Below, piece by piece: positions 1 to 10,365 of a DNA stretch of 64,000 bases. Made by a program: the position numbers and the translations under genes. The number at the start of each line of letters is the position of its first letter. The stretch's first letter is position 1. Below the pieces are notes generated by a model. It was not told the origin of the DNA, ran no database searches, and saw only the letters and a list, made by a program, of their open reading frames with translations. This DNA is from Vulcanimicrobiota bacterium (lineage in GTDB: Bacteria; Vulcanimicrobiota; Vulcanimicrobiia; Vulcanimicrobiales; Vulcanimicrobiaceae), in the NCBI GenBank assembly GCA_963833095.1, contig CAWHWQ010000005.1:224001-288000 (forward strand), read 5' to 3'.

Positions 1-1681
1 CGTAATCGATCTCGAATTGTCCCTCGTCGAGAGTCGGAAGAAAGTCGCTCGGCAAGCGCGCAAGCAGCGCGACGGTCACGAGCAACACGCCAAGCGAGGC
101 GGCATAAATAACGGGCCGGTGCTCGAGCGACCAACGAAGGATCGGCTCGTAGCGTTCGAGCACGCGATGAACAAAGGTCGCACTGTCGTCCATCTTCTCC
201 GATCGTATGAAGAGCTTGGCGAGAACCGGTGTAAAGAACAGCGCAAGGGCCAGCGAGACGATCAGCGACGTTGCAAGCGTCAGCGCCAGCGAACGGAAGA
301 AGAATCCGCTAACACCGGTAAGTAGAGCCAGCGGAACGAAGACGACGACCGTCGTCGCCGTCGATGCGATCATCGCCCCGCCAATCTGCGACATCGAGAG
401 CGTCACTACCTCACGCAGCGGCAGTTCCGGCTGATCGCGCCGGTTGCGCGCGATATTTTCGATCACAACGATCGCGTCGTCGATGATCAGCCCCACCGCG
501 ATGGCCAGGCCGCCGACGCTCATCAGGTTGAGCGTCTCGCCGGCGCGACCGATAGCGAAGATTGCAATCGCGATCGCGAGCGGAATCACCGCAGCGGCGA
601 CCAGCGTCATCCGCAGACTGCGCAAGAATAGATAGATAACAGCGACAGCGAGGAGCGCGCCGATCAGGATCGCGTCGCGCAATGACGCTTGGGAGTCTTT
701 CACCAGCGTCGTCTGGTCCCAGAAACGCGTGAAGACCGCGCCCATGGGGAGGGCCGCGTTGATGGCCTTCGCGCGCGCGGCTACATCCTGCGCCATACGT
801 ACGGCATCGGATCCTGGAAGCGCATAGAAACTGACGATCACGCCGTTGTGGGCGTCGAAACTCACTTGATCGGTCACGGGCGCCACGCCCAACTTCACAT
901 CACCGACCGCGCCGATCGGCACAGAACCGTGTTTGGTGAAGATCTCGACGCGCGTAAGGTCGGCAGCGGTGCGGATGCCGGCGTCAACCACAACGACACT
1001 GCGCGTGTAGTGACGCACTTGCAGCCCAACCGCAGTGACGGCCGTCGCTTCGCCGAGCGCCTGTTCGACATCGCCCGCGGTGAGACCGTACTGCGCGAGC
1101 GCGTTGGGATCGAGGTCGACGTGGTATTCGCGCGGCGGTCCACCCGCTACGCTCACTCGCGCCAGCCCCGGCGTTCCGTAGAATCGCGGCACCATCGATT
1201 GCTGCGCGAGTTCGTGCAGCAGCGTTTGCGACATAACGTTCGACGTCAGCGCGTAAGAGACGATCGGTTCGCTATTGGGATTGATGATATTGGATTGCAC
1301 GCTGACGTTTTGGGGCAAAGCGGCGCGAGCCTGCGCTATCGCCTGGTCGACATAGGTGAGGTCGCCCTGTACGGTGGTCTTCGGATCGAACTCGACGATG
1401 ATCTCGGCGTTGCCTTGGCTCGATGTCGCGAACACGCGCGTAACGGACGGCAATCCCGAAAGCGCGCGCTCGAGCGGCAATGTGACCGCGACGCGAACTT
1501 GATCCGGCGGCAGGTTACCCGCGTCAGCAACCACGTCGATCCGCGAAAACGACATCGTCGGGAAAATACTGGCCGGGATCTGTGTGTACGCCGCGACTCC
1601 GAAAATAGCCAGCGCGGCAACGAGAAAAACGATGACTTTTTCAAACCGGAGTCCGAACGCCGCAAGGTTCACACGGCGCAT
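1..1681 (-). CDS. Efflux RND transporter permease subunit (AcrB/CusA family), runs off the window start
   Basis: Manual minus-strand translation from ATG 1681 (or GTG 1672): MNLAAFGLRFEKVIVFLVAALAIFG...IFPTMSFSRIDV...LGLAIAV-like GGLAIAVGLIIDDAIVVIENI, the TM4 signature of RND pumps. Not in the ORF track because it lacks a stop in the window. Confidence 0.92.
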   Translation of the reverse strand, partial: MRRVNLAAFGLRFEKVIVFLVAALAIFGVAAYTQIPASIFPTMSFSRIDVVADAGNLPPDQVRVAVTLPLERALSGLPSVTRVFATSSQGNAEIIVEFDPKTTVQGDLTYVDQAIAQARAALPQNVSVQSNIINPNSEPIVSYALTSNVMSQTLLHELAQQSMVPRFYGTPGLARVSVAGGPPREYHVDLDPNALAQYGLTAGDVEQALGEATAVTAVGLQVRHYTRSVVVVDAGIRTAADLTRVEIFTKHGSVPIGAVGDVKLGVAPVTDQVSFDAHNGVIVSFYALPGSDAVRMAQDVAARAKAINAALPMGAVFTRFWDQTTLVKDSQASLRDAILIGALLAVAVIYLFLRSLRMTLVAAAVIPLAIAIAIFAIGRAGETLNLMSVGGLAIAVGLIIDDAIVVIENIARNRRDQPELPLREVVTLSMSQIGGAMIASTATTVVVFVPLALLTGVSGFFFRSLALTLATSLIVSLALALFFTPVLAKLFIRSEKMDDSATFVHRVLERYEPILRWSLEHRPVIYAASLGVLLVTVALLARLPSDFLPTLDEGQFEIDY

Positions 1682-1701
1682 CGTCGCACGGGGAGATGAC
1701 G

Positions 1702-3051
1702 CTAGGATGAATGGGGCATGATGACACTCACTGAGGCACCGCCGCCGGGTTGATTGGCCAGGAGCAATTCACCGCCGTGTGCCTGGACCACCGCGTCCGC
1801 GATTGCCAGGCCCAACCCCGTTCCGTCGCGTCCGCCGCGAGCACCGCGCCAAAACCGCTGCACCGCGTGAGCCAGCGCATCGCTCGAGAAGCCTGGACCG
1901 TCGTCGCGGACCGTGAACCGGACGCAGTTGCCCTCCCGCGCCGTCTCGAGCTCGGCTTGGTGAGCGGCGAACTCAATCGCATTATGAAGAATGCCGGCAA
2001 AGGCGCGTTCGAGGGCGCGGGCGTCGCCCGAAATGAGTGCCGACTCCCCCCTCACCGCGATCGACACGCCGCGCTGCGCGGCAGCCCCGGCAAAGCGCTC
2101 GGTGAGCAACGCCGCGATGGCCGCCAAATCGACCGGCTCGAAATGCAATCGCGCCGAATCCGCTCGCGCGGCCAACAGCAACGCGTCGACGATCGCGTCG
2201 ATGCGTTCGACCTCCGAGACGATCGTTTGGAGCGCAGAACGATACTGCGCGGTCGCAGGTTCACCTTCGAGCGCCGCGTCCGCTTCGGCACGGATGACTG
2301 CCAGCGGAGCGCGCAGCTCATGCGAGGCATCGGCGGTGAAACGCCGCTGCCGTGCAAATGCCGATTCCAGCCGATCGAGCATGCGATCGAAGGCCGACCC
2401 CAAACGCCCAAGCTCGTCCTCACCGCCATGGCGAACGCGTCGCGAAAGGTCATGCGCTTCGATCTCGGTGGCGAGATCGCTGAAGGCGTGCAGCGGCGCA
2501 AGCGCTCGGCGCGCCAAGGTCGCAGAAAGCACCACGACCGCACCCCCAGCGAGCGCCGCTGAAAGCGCAATCGCTAGGATCGCGTCGCGATCGACGTCGT
2601 CGATATACGCCGCGCTCTCCCACACGCAGGCATGACCGTAGATGATCGACCCGCGAGCGATCGGGCGGCAAGAGACGCGCAGGCGCTGGCCCCGGTCGAT
2701 CGCAGTTACGGGAACCGCCGCATAAACTCCACGGCGCGCAGCGCGGAGAATCTCGGCGGGAGTCGAGGCGGTCGAGGTCACGAACGGCGCTCCGTTCCGG
2801 GTGAAAACCGCACCGCTCATCGCGGGAGCAAGGGCACCGATCATCTGCTCGCGGTCCTCCGCGTCGAACAAAAGCGCGCCGTTGCGAACGTCGACCAAGG
2901 CCGCGACGGCGGAAGCCGTGGTTGCAAGCCGTGCGTCGAGCGATCCGCGCAGGGTGCGATCGATCGCGGTAAACGAAACGACGGCAACGATCGCGACAGC
3001 GATTGTTACTGCGATACCGTAGGTCCAGGCGAGCCGCGTTCGCAGCTTCAT
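1702..3051 (-). CDS. HAMP-domain sensor histidine kinase
   Basis: Two TM segments, HAMP, H-box FTADASHELRAPL, G-boxes DDGPG and GTGLGLAI. Confidence 0.93.
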   Translation of the reverse strand: MKLRTRLAWTYGIAVTIAVAIVAVVSFTAIDRTLRGSLDARLATTASAVAALVDVRNGALLFDAEDREQMIGALAPAMSGAVFTRNGAPFVTSTASTPAEILRAARRGVYAAVPVTAIDRGQRLRVSCRPIARGSIIYGHACVWESAAYIDDVDRDAILAIALSAALAGGAVVVLSATLARRALAPLHAFSDLATEIEAHDLSRRVRHGGEDELGRLGSAFDRMLDRLESAFARQRRFTADASHELRAPLAVIRAEADAALEGEPATAQYRSALQTIVSEVERIDAIVDALLLAARADSARLHFEPVDLAAIAALLTERFAGAAAQRGVSIAVRGESALISGDARALERAFAGILHNAIEFAAHQAELETAREGNCVRFTVRDDGPGFSSDALAHAVQRFWRGARGGRDGTGLGLAIADAVVQAHGGELLLANQPGGGASVSVIMPHSS

Positions 3052-3719
3052 TCCGTCCCCATGCGATAGCCCATGCCGCGAACGGTGTGTATCAGTGCGG
3101 GCTCCTGGTCGACGTCGATCTTGACGCGCAGGCGGCGCACGTAGACGTCGACGACGTTAGAGATCGTCTCGTTCGAACGGTCCCACAAGGCGTTCTCGAT
3201 CATGGGGCGCGTCAACACGCGCCCCGCGTTTCGCATGAAGTACTCGAGAAACGCGAGTTCGCGCGCGGTACACTCGATAACGCGGTCGCCCCGCGTGACG
3301 CGATGCGAAGCCAAATCATACATCAGGTTTCCCACTTGAAGGCTGTTCTCCACCGACACCGCAGGCCGGCGGAGAACAGACCGCAATCGCGCTTCGAGTT
3401 CGCGAAGGGCAAACGGCTTGCGTATGTAATCGTCGGCCCCCGCATCGAGCCCGGCGACGACGTCTTCGGTTTCATCGCGCGACGTAGCGATGAGCAGCGG
3501 TGTCGTAACGTTTCGAGCACGCAACGCGCGCAAGACATCGAGCCCGTCGCGCCCGGGCAAATTCAAGTCGAGAACGATCGCGTCAAACCCGCCTGCAACG
3601 GCCAACACCTCTCCCTCCTCGCCGTCGGAAGCGTGCTCGACGATGTGCCCGCGCTCGCGCAAACCACGTTGTAAGGCGTCGGCAAGTCGAACGTCGTCTT
3701 CGACGATGAGAATACGCAC
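3048..3719 (-). CDS. OmpR-family response regulator
   Basis: From GTG 3719: VRILIVEDD...[10 protein letters not shown]...KPF, C-terminal winged helix IHTVRGMGY; overlaps the kinase start. Confidence 0.93.
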   Translation of the reverse strand: MRILIVEDDVRLADALQRGLRERGHIVEHASDGEEGEVLAVAGGFDAIVLDLNLPGRDGLDVLRALRARNVTTPLLIATSRDETEDVVAGLDAGADDYIRKPFALRELEARLRSVLRRPAVSVENSLQVGNLMYDLASHRVTRGDRVIECTARELAFLEYFMRNAGRVLTRPMIENALWDRSNETISNVVDVYVRRLRVKIDVDQEPALIHTVRGMGYRMGTE

Positions 3720-3779
3720 CTCCAGAGGCTTTACAATGATTGCGGCAGGAACCCTCGGCAACCACCCGTAGTACGCAGA

Positions 3780-6431
3780 GTGATTCGCTCCGACGAGCGC
3801 GTTGATGGCGCGCTGTTCGACCGCTTCAACGCGAGTGTCGCGACCGCGGTCGATGCCGTACGCCAGGCGTCGGAGGCTATTGCCGCCACCGCGCAAGAGC
3901 AAACGACGCTGATGGTCGCGCTCTCCGATACGGCCGGTACCCTTGCCTCGGCCTCCCGCGAGACGGCCGAGCGGTTACAAAGCGCTCAATCCTCGGCGCG
4001 CGCGGCAGCTTCGGACCTCGGAAACTCCTTTGAAGTCGTCGAGAATTTGTTGACGTCGGTGCAGCAGCTGGCTGAACTTTCCGCCGACACCGCGACTGCG
4101 ATGGACGACTTCGGCCGGCTCATGAGTGAGATCGGCCGGATGACCGAATTCGTCGAAGACGTCAGCGATGAAACGCAGCTGCTCGCACTCAACGCGGCAA
4201 TCGAAGCCGCGCGCGCCGGACAACACGGGTTGGGCTTCGCCGTCGTCGCCGGTGAAGTCGGCCGTCTCGCAAAGACAACGAACGAATCCACCACGGCGAT
4301 CAAGACGCTCGTCGTCGAGATTCAGCGCGAAGCTGAGGCCACGATTCAAGCGGTGCGCGCTAACGCCGAGCGTTCGGCCGCGTCGACGCCGCTCGCGGAC
4401 GTTGCGCGCAGTTCGCTTGCCGAGATCGCCGAACTCGCCGCTGATCTTTCGGTAACCATTGATCGCGCCGTTATCAGCGGCCGCGATCACAGCCATGCCG
4501 CCGAGCAAATGCGCAAGTCGACTGATGGCCTTGCCAATGTTGCTGCCGCGCAGGGCCGCGAAGCGCTCGAATCCGCGTTCGCGACGCAGCGCCTCGCCTA
4601 TTACGGCGCTGAGATCGAGTACATCTCGCGTTCGCGCACGGCATCCAAGAGCGATCACACGACGATCAAGATTGCGACGCTGCTGCCGCCAGGCTATCCG
4701 CCGTCGCGGGCATGGGAGTTTGTCGCGCAACGCGCCTTGGAACTCTCAGAAGGACGCTTGCGCTTCGAGTTGGAGATTCCGTTCACCGGCGGCAATGAGA
4801 TGGAAGCACTGTTGCGCGTACGTTCCGGCGAGATCGACATGGTAAGCGTCACGACCTACGTCGCCGGCGCGCTGGTGCCGCTGGCGCAATTGCTCGACCT
4901 GCCCTTTGTTTTTCCGGATCGCGAGTCGGCGCACCGTCTGCTCGACGGCCCGCTCGGCCAGACCATCCTCGAGTCGTTCGAGTCGTTCGGCTTACATGGG
5001 CTCGCGTTTTTCGAAAACGGGATGCGGCATTTCACCAACAGCCTGCACCCGATTCGCCGGCCGTCGGATATGCGCAAGATGCGCGTGCGCATCCAGGACT
5101 CGGTCGTCTATCTCGCGCTCATGCACGCGCTTGGAGCATCCCCGAAGGTCATTCCCTTCGGCGATGTTTATCGTTCGCTCCAGAACCACGAAGTCGACGC
5201 GCAGGAAAATCCTCTCCCCAACACGCTGGGCGCGCGGCTCCATGAAGTGCAGCGTTATCTCTCGCTCACCGCTCACACCTATAACACGCAGATCGTGCTT
5301 GGGAATATCGAGCGCTGGCGTTCGCTTCCGGCGCAAGACCGCGAGATCATCCAGCAAGCCTTCAAAGAAGCAACCGACTTTCATCGCCGCGTCTCCGGCG
5401 ATGACGACCAGCACGCGCTCGCCGAACTGCGCAAACACCTCGAAGTGCATGAACTGCAGCCTGATGAACGCGAGGATTTCGTGAAGACCTCGCGCTTTGT
5501 GTGGGAGCGCATGGAACCGCTCTTTCCGACCGACGTGTTCCGCTTGCTCCTCAACCGCAACTTGGAAACCTGGCGCCCGCGCGTCAATCTCGGCGCCCAC
5601 GCGTCGACCCATGGATTTACGCTCAACGACATCGTCGAATCGATCGACCGATCGGTCAGTTCGGTGCGCGCGACCGGCGATACGATCGGCACGCAGTCGC
5701 GCTCGCAGATTGCCAGCCTCAATGCGCTTTCGCAGCAATCTATGGAGCTGAGCGGATCGAACGAGCAGCTTGCCAAGGCTTTTTTGGGGCTGGGCGACCG
5801 TTTCGAGCAGGTCGCCCCCCAGGTTCGCATCATGCGCGATACCGTCGGCGAGTTGATCGACACGATCAACGTCCTTTCGTCGATGGCGATACAAAGCCGC
5901 AATGCGCTCGATCAATTCGCCAAGTCAATGCATCAGATTTTCAACATCATCAACTTGGTGCGCTCGGTGTCGGATAAGACCAATCTACTCGCGCTCAACG
6001 CCGCGATCGAGGCGGCACGCGCGGGCGACCACGGCAAGGGCTTTAACGTCGTCGCGGGAGAGGTGCGCGGCCTGGCCGATAAGACCAAAGCGTCGACGGT
6101 GAATATTCGCAAAGTCTTGAGCGATCTCGAAGCGCGGGGCAAATCCGCGGGCGTTGCAATCGAGAACGGCGTGGCGAAAGCCGAGCATAGCGCGCGTCAG
6201 GCGCGCATGGCGCAAGAGGCATTCGGACGTATCGAGCAGTTCGCCAGCTCTGCCCAGTTTACGCTCGAGCAAGCCCAGGATGCCGCGAACGATGAAGCGC
6301 GGCGCGCGTACGCGATGTACGGTGATTACTCGCAGATGGCTGCGCTGGTTGAATCGCACGCGCAGGACAGCCGCGCTGCACTCAGCTCAACGGTCGAACT
6401 CGAACGCCAACGCCGCGCCCTGTTCCAATAG
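3780..6431 (+). CDS. Soluble chemoreceptor with two methyl-accepting signalling domains flanking a TRAP DctP-type solute-binding domain
   Basis: [14 protein letters not shown] occurs twice. The central region has DctP motifs ([39 protein letters not shown]). No TM segment or signal peptide is visible. Confidence 0.88.
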   Translation: MIRSDERVDGALFDRFNASVATAVDAVRQASEAIAATAQEQTTLMVALSDTAGTLASASRETAERLQSAQSSARAAASDLGNSFEVVENLLTSVQQLAELSADTATAMDDFGRLMSEIGRMTEFVEDVSDETQLLALNAAIEAARAGQHGLGFAVVAGEVGRLAKTTNESTTAIKTLVVEIQREAEATIQAVRANAERSAASTPLADVARSSLAEIAELAADLSVTIDRAVISGRDHSHAAEQMRKSTDGLANVAAAQGREALESAFATQRLAYYGAEIEYISRSRTASKSDHTTIKIATLLPPGYPPSRAWEFVAQRALELSEGRLRFELEIPFTGGNEMEALLRVRSGEIDMVSVTTYVAGALVPLAQLLDLPFVFPDRESAHRLLDGPLGQTILESFESFGLHGLAFFENGMRHFTNSLHPIRRPSDMRKMRVRIQDSVVYLALMHALGASPKVIPFGDVYRSLQNHEVDAQENPLPNTLGARLHEVQRYLSLTAHTYNTQIVLGNIERWRSLPAQDREIIQQAFKEATDFHRRVSGDDDQHALAELRKHLEVHELQPDEREDFVKTSRFVWERMEPLFPTDVFRLLLNRNLETWRPRVNLGAHASTHGFTLNDIVESIDRSVSSVRATGDTIGTQSRSQIASLNALSQQSMELSGSNEQLAKAFLGLGDRFEQVAPQVRIMRDTVGELIDTINVLSSMAIQSRNALDQFAKSMHQIFNIINLVRSVSDKTNLLALNAAIEAARAGDHGKGFNVVAGEVRGLADKTKASTVNIRKVLSDLEARGKSAGVAIENGVAKAEHSARQARMAQEAFGRIEQFASSAQFTLEQAQDAANDEARRAYAMYGDYSQMAALVESHAQDSRAALSSTVELERQRRALFQ

Positions 6432-6432
6432 C

Positions 6433-6496
6433 CGTCATCCTGAGGTGCGGCCCCTGTCACCCTGAGGTGCGGCCCTTAGGGCCGCCTCGAAGGGTG
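6433..6496 (+). repeat. CGTC/TGTC-tagged REP-like palindrome: one partial plus one full copy
   Basis: CGTCATCCTGAGGTGCGGCCCC followed by TGTCACCCTGAGGTGCGGCCCTTAGGGCCGCCTCGAAGGGTG, which folds into a hairpin. Confidence 0.8.
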
Positions 6497-6668
6497 CGCC
6501 CTCGGACGTTTTGCCATTCTGCGGACTTCTCCCCAATCTCCGTTTGAAAATGCAATCTTTTTAGCGCGGCTCCAGCCTTTGAGATGCTTTTCCCAGGCAA
6601 CGGCGTCATCGAAGTTCGCAAATTCCGAAACATGCACGCATCGCAGGGGGCGTCTCTTAGACAACCCG
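6476..6668 (-). pseudogene. Truncated GIY-YIG nuclease (C-terminal half only)
   Basis: SKRRPLRCVHVSEFANFDDAVAWEKHLKGWSRAKKIAFSNGDW matches the C-terminus of small YhbQ-like GIY-YIG proteins. The N-terminal GIY/YIG motifs and a start codon are missing. Confidence 0.7.
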
Positions 6669-6673
6669 TCTCG

Positions 6674-6733
6674 CGCTTCGAGGCTCGCTTCCGCTCGCAC
6701 CTCAGGGTGACAAACGCTGGCCTCAGCGTGACA
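6674..6733 (-). repeat. REP-like palindrome, inverted relative to the 6433-6496 copies (partial plus full)
   Basis: Minus strand reads TGTCACGCTGAGG...TGTCACCCTGAGGTGCGAGCGGAAGCGAGCCTCGAAGCG. Confidence 0.78.
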
Positions 6734-6737
6734 ACAG

Positions 6738-7502
6738 CTAGTACTCGAGCACGACCGGGGTCTGTTCTTCCATGATTTGCGCGACGCTCGCGCGGAAGCG
6801 TTGTGCATCGCCGCTGGTAACATAACGCGTTGTTCCGGATCCGGCCTGCGTTTCATCGAGTGCGAGAAAATCAGCCAAACGCGTCGCTTGCACGAACGCC
6901 GGATCGATCAAATCGACCCGATCGTTAAGCGCCGCGCGAAAATGTTGTTCTAACACCGGATAGTGGGTGCAGCCGTAGACCACGGCGTCGAGATCTGGCG
7001 GAAGCGCCGCGCAGGCGCGCGCCACGGCGTCGCGAGCCGCTGGGCCGCTGTGCTGACCCGCTTCGACGAGCGGGACGAGTTCGGGCGCGGGAACCTCCCA
7101 CACTTCACTTTCGTGAATCGCGTTGCGAACGCGCCGGCCGTAGGCTCCGGAGCGCACCGTCGCCTCGGTCGCCACAATACCGATGCGCCGCGCACCCGAG
7201 CGTTGGAGCGCAATCGTCGCCGAATCGAGGAGATCGAAGACCTCGGCGCGCGTGGTGGGCCAGCCGTACACGTCCGCGATCGCGCACGAAGTGTTGCAAG
7301 CCATGACGATCGCTTCGACACCGCGTTCATCGAGCCACGCCAGATTGTTTTGTAGCAGCGCGAAGAGATCGTCGGGTGTGCGACCACCGTACGGCACGTG
7401 CGCCTGGTCGGCATAGTAGAGCAGGTCGACGTCGGGTAGACGCTCGCGTACGCGTCGAATGACGGTAAGGCCGCCCAGCCCCGAGTCAAAGAGTCCGATC
7501 AT
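6738..7502 (-). CDS. murI: Glutamate racemase
   Basis: MIGLFDSGLGGLTV, ACNTS and GCTHYP catalytic motifs; ATG overlaps the amidase stop (TAATG). Confidence 0.96.
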   Translation of the reverse strand: MIGLFDSGLGGLTVIRRVRERLPDVDLLYYADQAHVPYGGRTPDDLFALLQNNLAWLDERGVEAIVMACNTSCAIADVYGWPTTRAEVFDLLDSATIALQRSGARRIGIVATEATVRSGAYGRRVRNAIHESEVWEVPAPELVPLVEAGQHSGPAARDAVARACAALPPDLDAVVYGCTHYPVLEQHFRAALNDRVDLIDPAFVQATRLADFLALDETQAGSGTTRYVTSGDAQRFRASVAQIMEEQTPVVLEY

Positions 7503-9475
7503 TACTGCGCGCTGCCCGCGACTGGATTCTGTTGCGCGTACTTGTCGATCCCGTCGGCAATGGCTTCGGCCATCTGCTGGCGCCAATCGGACGACGCGAG
7601 CTTCGCATAGTCGGACGGGTTGGAAAGAAACGCGGTCTCGATCAGAATCGCCGGCATATTCGCATGCAAGGTCACGTACAAATGGCTCTTGACGGTACCG
7701 TCGTCCTTGACGCCTAGATCGCTCATCGCAATGTCGCGATCCATGACCTGCGCCAGCGGCTGGTCGATCGGCTTGGAGTAATAGACCGTCGCACCGTTTG
7801 GCCCGCTGTTCAAATAGGCATTGCAATGAATGCTGACAAAGAGCCGCGCACCAGCCTCGTTGGCGATGTCGTCGCGCGCTTGGAGAGCGTAGGCGTCGAC
7901 GTTGTCATGGCCGATGCCGATCGCCTCTTGCGTGCTCCGCGGGGTCGGATCGACGTCATGATCGATCGTCCGCGTCATCTTGACTTGCCAGCCGCGCGCG
8001 ATCAGAATCGCCTGCACGCGCTTTGCCATGTCGAGGGTGAGAATGGCTTCCTGCAAGTCGCCGTGCATCGAACCGCGATCGGTGCCGCCGTGCCCGGGAT
8101 CGAGCACGATCAGCTTGGGATTGGTCGGCACGTAGCCTTGCGTCCCGAATTTCCAGCTTCCTTGATCGTTGCTGCCGCTCGGCCCGTATTCATCGGCCGG
8201 CACGGGCGTCACTAGCGTCTGCGGTTCGCTCGCCGAAACAACGGCGCCGATCGAGCCGGTGCCGCTGCGCGGCGCGGTATCGGCAACCATCGCGGTGCCG
8301 ACGTTCAGCGTAATTCCCGTCGCCGCCGGAGAGACGTCGAGCGCGTTATCGCCGGCAAGCGAGACCGCGATACGAACGGTTTGCGGATCGATTTGGCGCA
8401 CGCGCAGCGCGATGAGCGGATCCGCTTCGGCTTGATCTTGGGGACCGCCGGCGAGCTGCGCGTTCTTGATGTCAATCCAAAAGCGGTTGTCGGGTGCGCG
8501 CAAACGATGCCATTCGTAGGTAGCATCGCCGGTTACCGCGATCGCGACGGTTTGGCTGCCGTCGCTTCCGGCTTGCACGCTTACCGTGCCGACCGTCGCG
8601 TTGCCGGTCGCCTGCGCCGACGGACCGGAAGAAGGCGGCGGCGTGCCATTCGTCATGTCGCCAGGCGGCGGAGGCGGCGTTGCGGCGACGGATTGCGGCG
8701 CTGCCGCCACCGATTGTTGGAGCGGTTCGACCAACGGCGGCGCGCTGCCGTTTGCGCCGAAGGCGACTTCGAACTCGCCACTGCCGGATTGCGGCGGATC
8801 GTGCCGCGTCCCGGGCAGAAGATCGATCGTCACCACCGTCTTCGGATCGCGCGCGGTTCCCGACGAAGTAATTTCGACCGAGCGGATGCCGCCGGCATTG
8901 ACCGTGCGCTGCGCCGCAAGCGTCGTGCCGACGCCATCAAATTCATAGACGACGCGATCCGGTGCGTCGGTGACCAGCCGCGGGCGAAGAATGCCGCCGC
9001 CGTGCGCGACGAGGACCGCTTGCACGCCATAGCCTTGCACGTCGAGCGAGGTGAGCAGCCGTTCGAGCACGCCGTCCTGCGCCGAGACGCCGAGCGCGTG
9101 GAGCACGTCGTCGAGCGGAAGATAGACTTCGTCCCCGTTCATATATGCCGCGAAGCGGGCTTGCGCGGTGACCGGCCCGACGCTATATTGCGCATTGCCT
9201 ACACCGAACCCGATGACTTCCGGCGCGGACGTCGTGATCAGCACCATGCGTTCGCCGGCGTGCCAGGTCAGCGTCGCGCCGAGTGCTTTGAACAGCGCGC
9301 GGAGCGCCGGATCGTTGATGCCGACGGCCATTCCGTTTGGCGTGCGCGCGATATGGGTGAAGGTTATTGAGGAGCGTTCGAATGCGTAGCTGACCGTGTC
9401 CGCGCGGACCACGGTCGTTGCGAGCAGCACGAGGATCGCAAACGCGCTACCAATCCGAGCGGCGAAGCGGTGCAT
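7502..9475 (-). CDS. N-acetylmuramoyl-L-alanine amidase (Amidase_3) with N-terminal copper-amine-oxidase-like/AMIN domains
   Basis: Signal peptide; LDPGHGG, FVSIHCN and ILIETAFLSN motifs. Confidence 0.92.
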   Translation of the reverse strand: MHRFAARIGSAFAILVLLATTVVRADTVSYAFERSSITFTHIARTPNGMAVGINDPALRALFKALGATLTWHAGERMVLITTSAPEVIGFGVGNAQYSVGPVTAQARFAAYMNGDEVYLPLDDVLHALGVSAQDGVLERLLTSLDVQGYGVQAVLVAHGGGILRPRLVTDAPDRVVYEFDGVGTTLAAQRTVNAGGIRSVEITSSGTARDPKTVVTIDLLPGTRHDPPQSGSGEFEVAFGANGSAPPLVEPLQQSVAAAPQSVAATPPPPPGDMTNGTPPPSSGPSAQATGNATVGTVSVQAGSDGSQTVAIAVTGDATYEWHRLRAPDNRFWIDIKNAQLAGGPQDQAEADPLIALRVRQIDPQTVRIAVSLAGDNALDVSPAATGITLNVGTAMVADTAPRSGTGSIGAVVSASEPQTLVTPVPADEYGPSGSNDQGSWKFGTQGYVPTNPKLIVLDPGHGGTDRGSMHGDLQEAILTLDMAKRVQAILIARGWQVKMTRTIDHDVDPTPRSTQEAIGIGHDNVDAYALQARDDIANEAGARLFVSIHCNAYLNSGPNGATVYYSKPIDQPLAQVMDRDIAMSDLGVKDDGTVKSHLYVTLHANMPAILIETAFLSNPSDYAKLASSDWRQQMAEAIADGIDKYAQQNPVAGSAQ

Positions 9476-9968
9476 CGAGCTCAAGATGTCCCCCCGGAAG
9501 GGTCCCTACAGTTTGGCCCTCGATCGTAATCTGGACCGCATTAACAGAAGGGATTCCCGTTAGCGTATACACCAGACCTTTGAACTCGGCGTTTTCTTGG
9601 AATGTACCGCCGCTCGCCGAGCCGACGTCGCGACTCAGATCGACGGTCGCTGTTGACCCGTTGACGCTGACGTCGCGCACGCGCGTGCCGGCCGGAAAGT
9701 GTACCGCGGCGATGTCGGACGGCGGGCCGGCAACCGCTTGAAGCGCCGCGTACGTGGCGAGGTCGTGCAAGCGCTGCGCGTCGCTCTCCCCTGGTTGCGC
9801 GGCCCGGAACGAAACATCCCACGTGCCAAGCGTCGTCCCGTCGAGCTTGGTGTAGTAGACCGTAACGGCCGGCCCCGAAGCCGGCGCGTGCGGTCGCGAA
9901 AAATACCAGCCCGCAGCCGCCGCGACCGCAAGGGCGACAAGGACGAAAAAGAAGCGCGGAACCCGCAC
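9447..9968 (-). CDS. GerMN domain protein
   Basis: N-terminal TM; FPAGTRVRDVSVNGSTATVDLS...LVYTLT...VQITIEG pattern. Confidence 0.85.
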   Translation of the reverse strand: MRVPRFFFVLVALAVAAAAGWYFSRPHAPASGPAVTVYYTKLDGTTLGTWDVSFRAAQPGESDAQRLHDLATYAALQAVAGPPSDIAAVHFPAGTRVRDVSVNGSTATVDLSRDVGSASGGTFQENAEFKGLVYTLTGIPSVNAVQITIEGQTVGTLPGGHLELDAPLRRSDW

Positions 9969-9969
9969 G

Positions 9970-10335
9970 CTAGAGTACTCCCGGCATTGCGATGCGCCAG
10001 CCCATGACGATGTTGAGAACGATCAACGCGATCCCAACGAGCGAGAACACCAGCGCAAGCGTCGCGCCGCCCGCCCGTTTTCCAAAGCGCATTGCCATGC
10101 CGTACGACGCCAAAATCAACACGCCGACGAGCAGGTGCAGCCAAACCTGGGGCGGGATCGTTTGATGGCTCGCGCCCATGATGCCGGCCAGCGCCAGACC
10201 GACCAGGAATTGCAGCGCAACCACGGCGTTGACGACGCGACGCCCGTTGGACGTCCAACTAAACACGACGGCGCAGAGCGCGGCCAAGAAGGCCAGCACC
10301 AAGTGGATCGTAAGAACCGCATTAAAGACTTCCAT
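9970..10335 (-). CDS. Hypothetical 4-TM membrane protein
   Basis: Four hydrophobic segments; operonic with the GerMN gene. Confidence 0.7.
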   Translation of the reverse strand: MEVFNAVLTIHLVLAFLAALCAVVFSWTSNGRRVVNAVVALQFLVGLALAGIMGASHQTIPPQVWLHLLVGVLILASYGMAMRFGKRAGGATLALVFSLVGIALIVLNIVMGWRIAMPGVL

Positions 10336-10365
10336 TACAATCCCATGTACCGAAAAGGAGAATCC

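Noticed and set aside
689..1699. Long plus-strand ORF (336 aa) and similar long ORFs such as 53112-54671 and 46276-47244
   Set aside because: Antisense shadows of real genes (RND pump, mutL, kdpA), expected in high-GC DNA; no recognisable motifs.
6433..6496. Tandem direct repeat as a possible CRISPR or mini-array
   Set aside because: Only two adjacent copies with no spacers and no cas genes; it fits REP structure.
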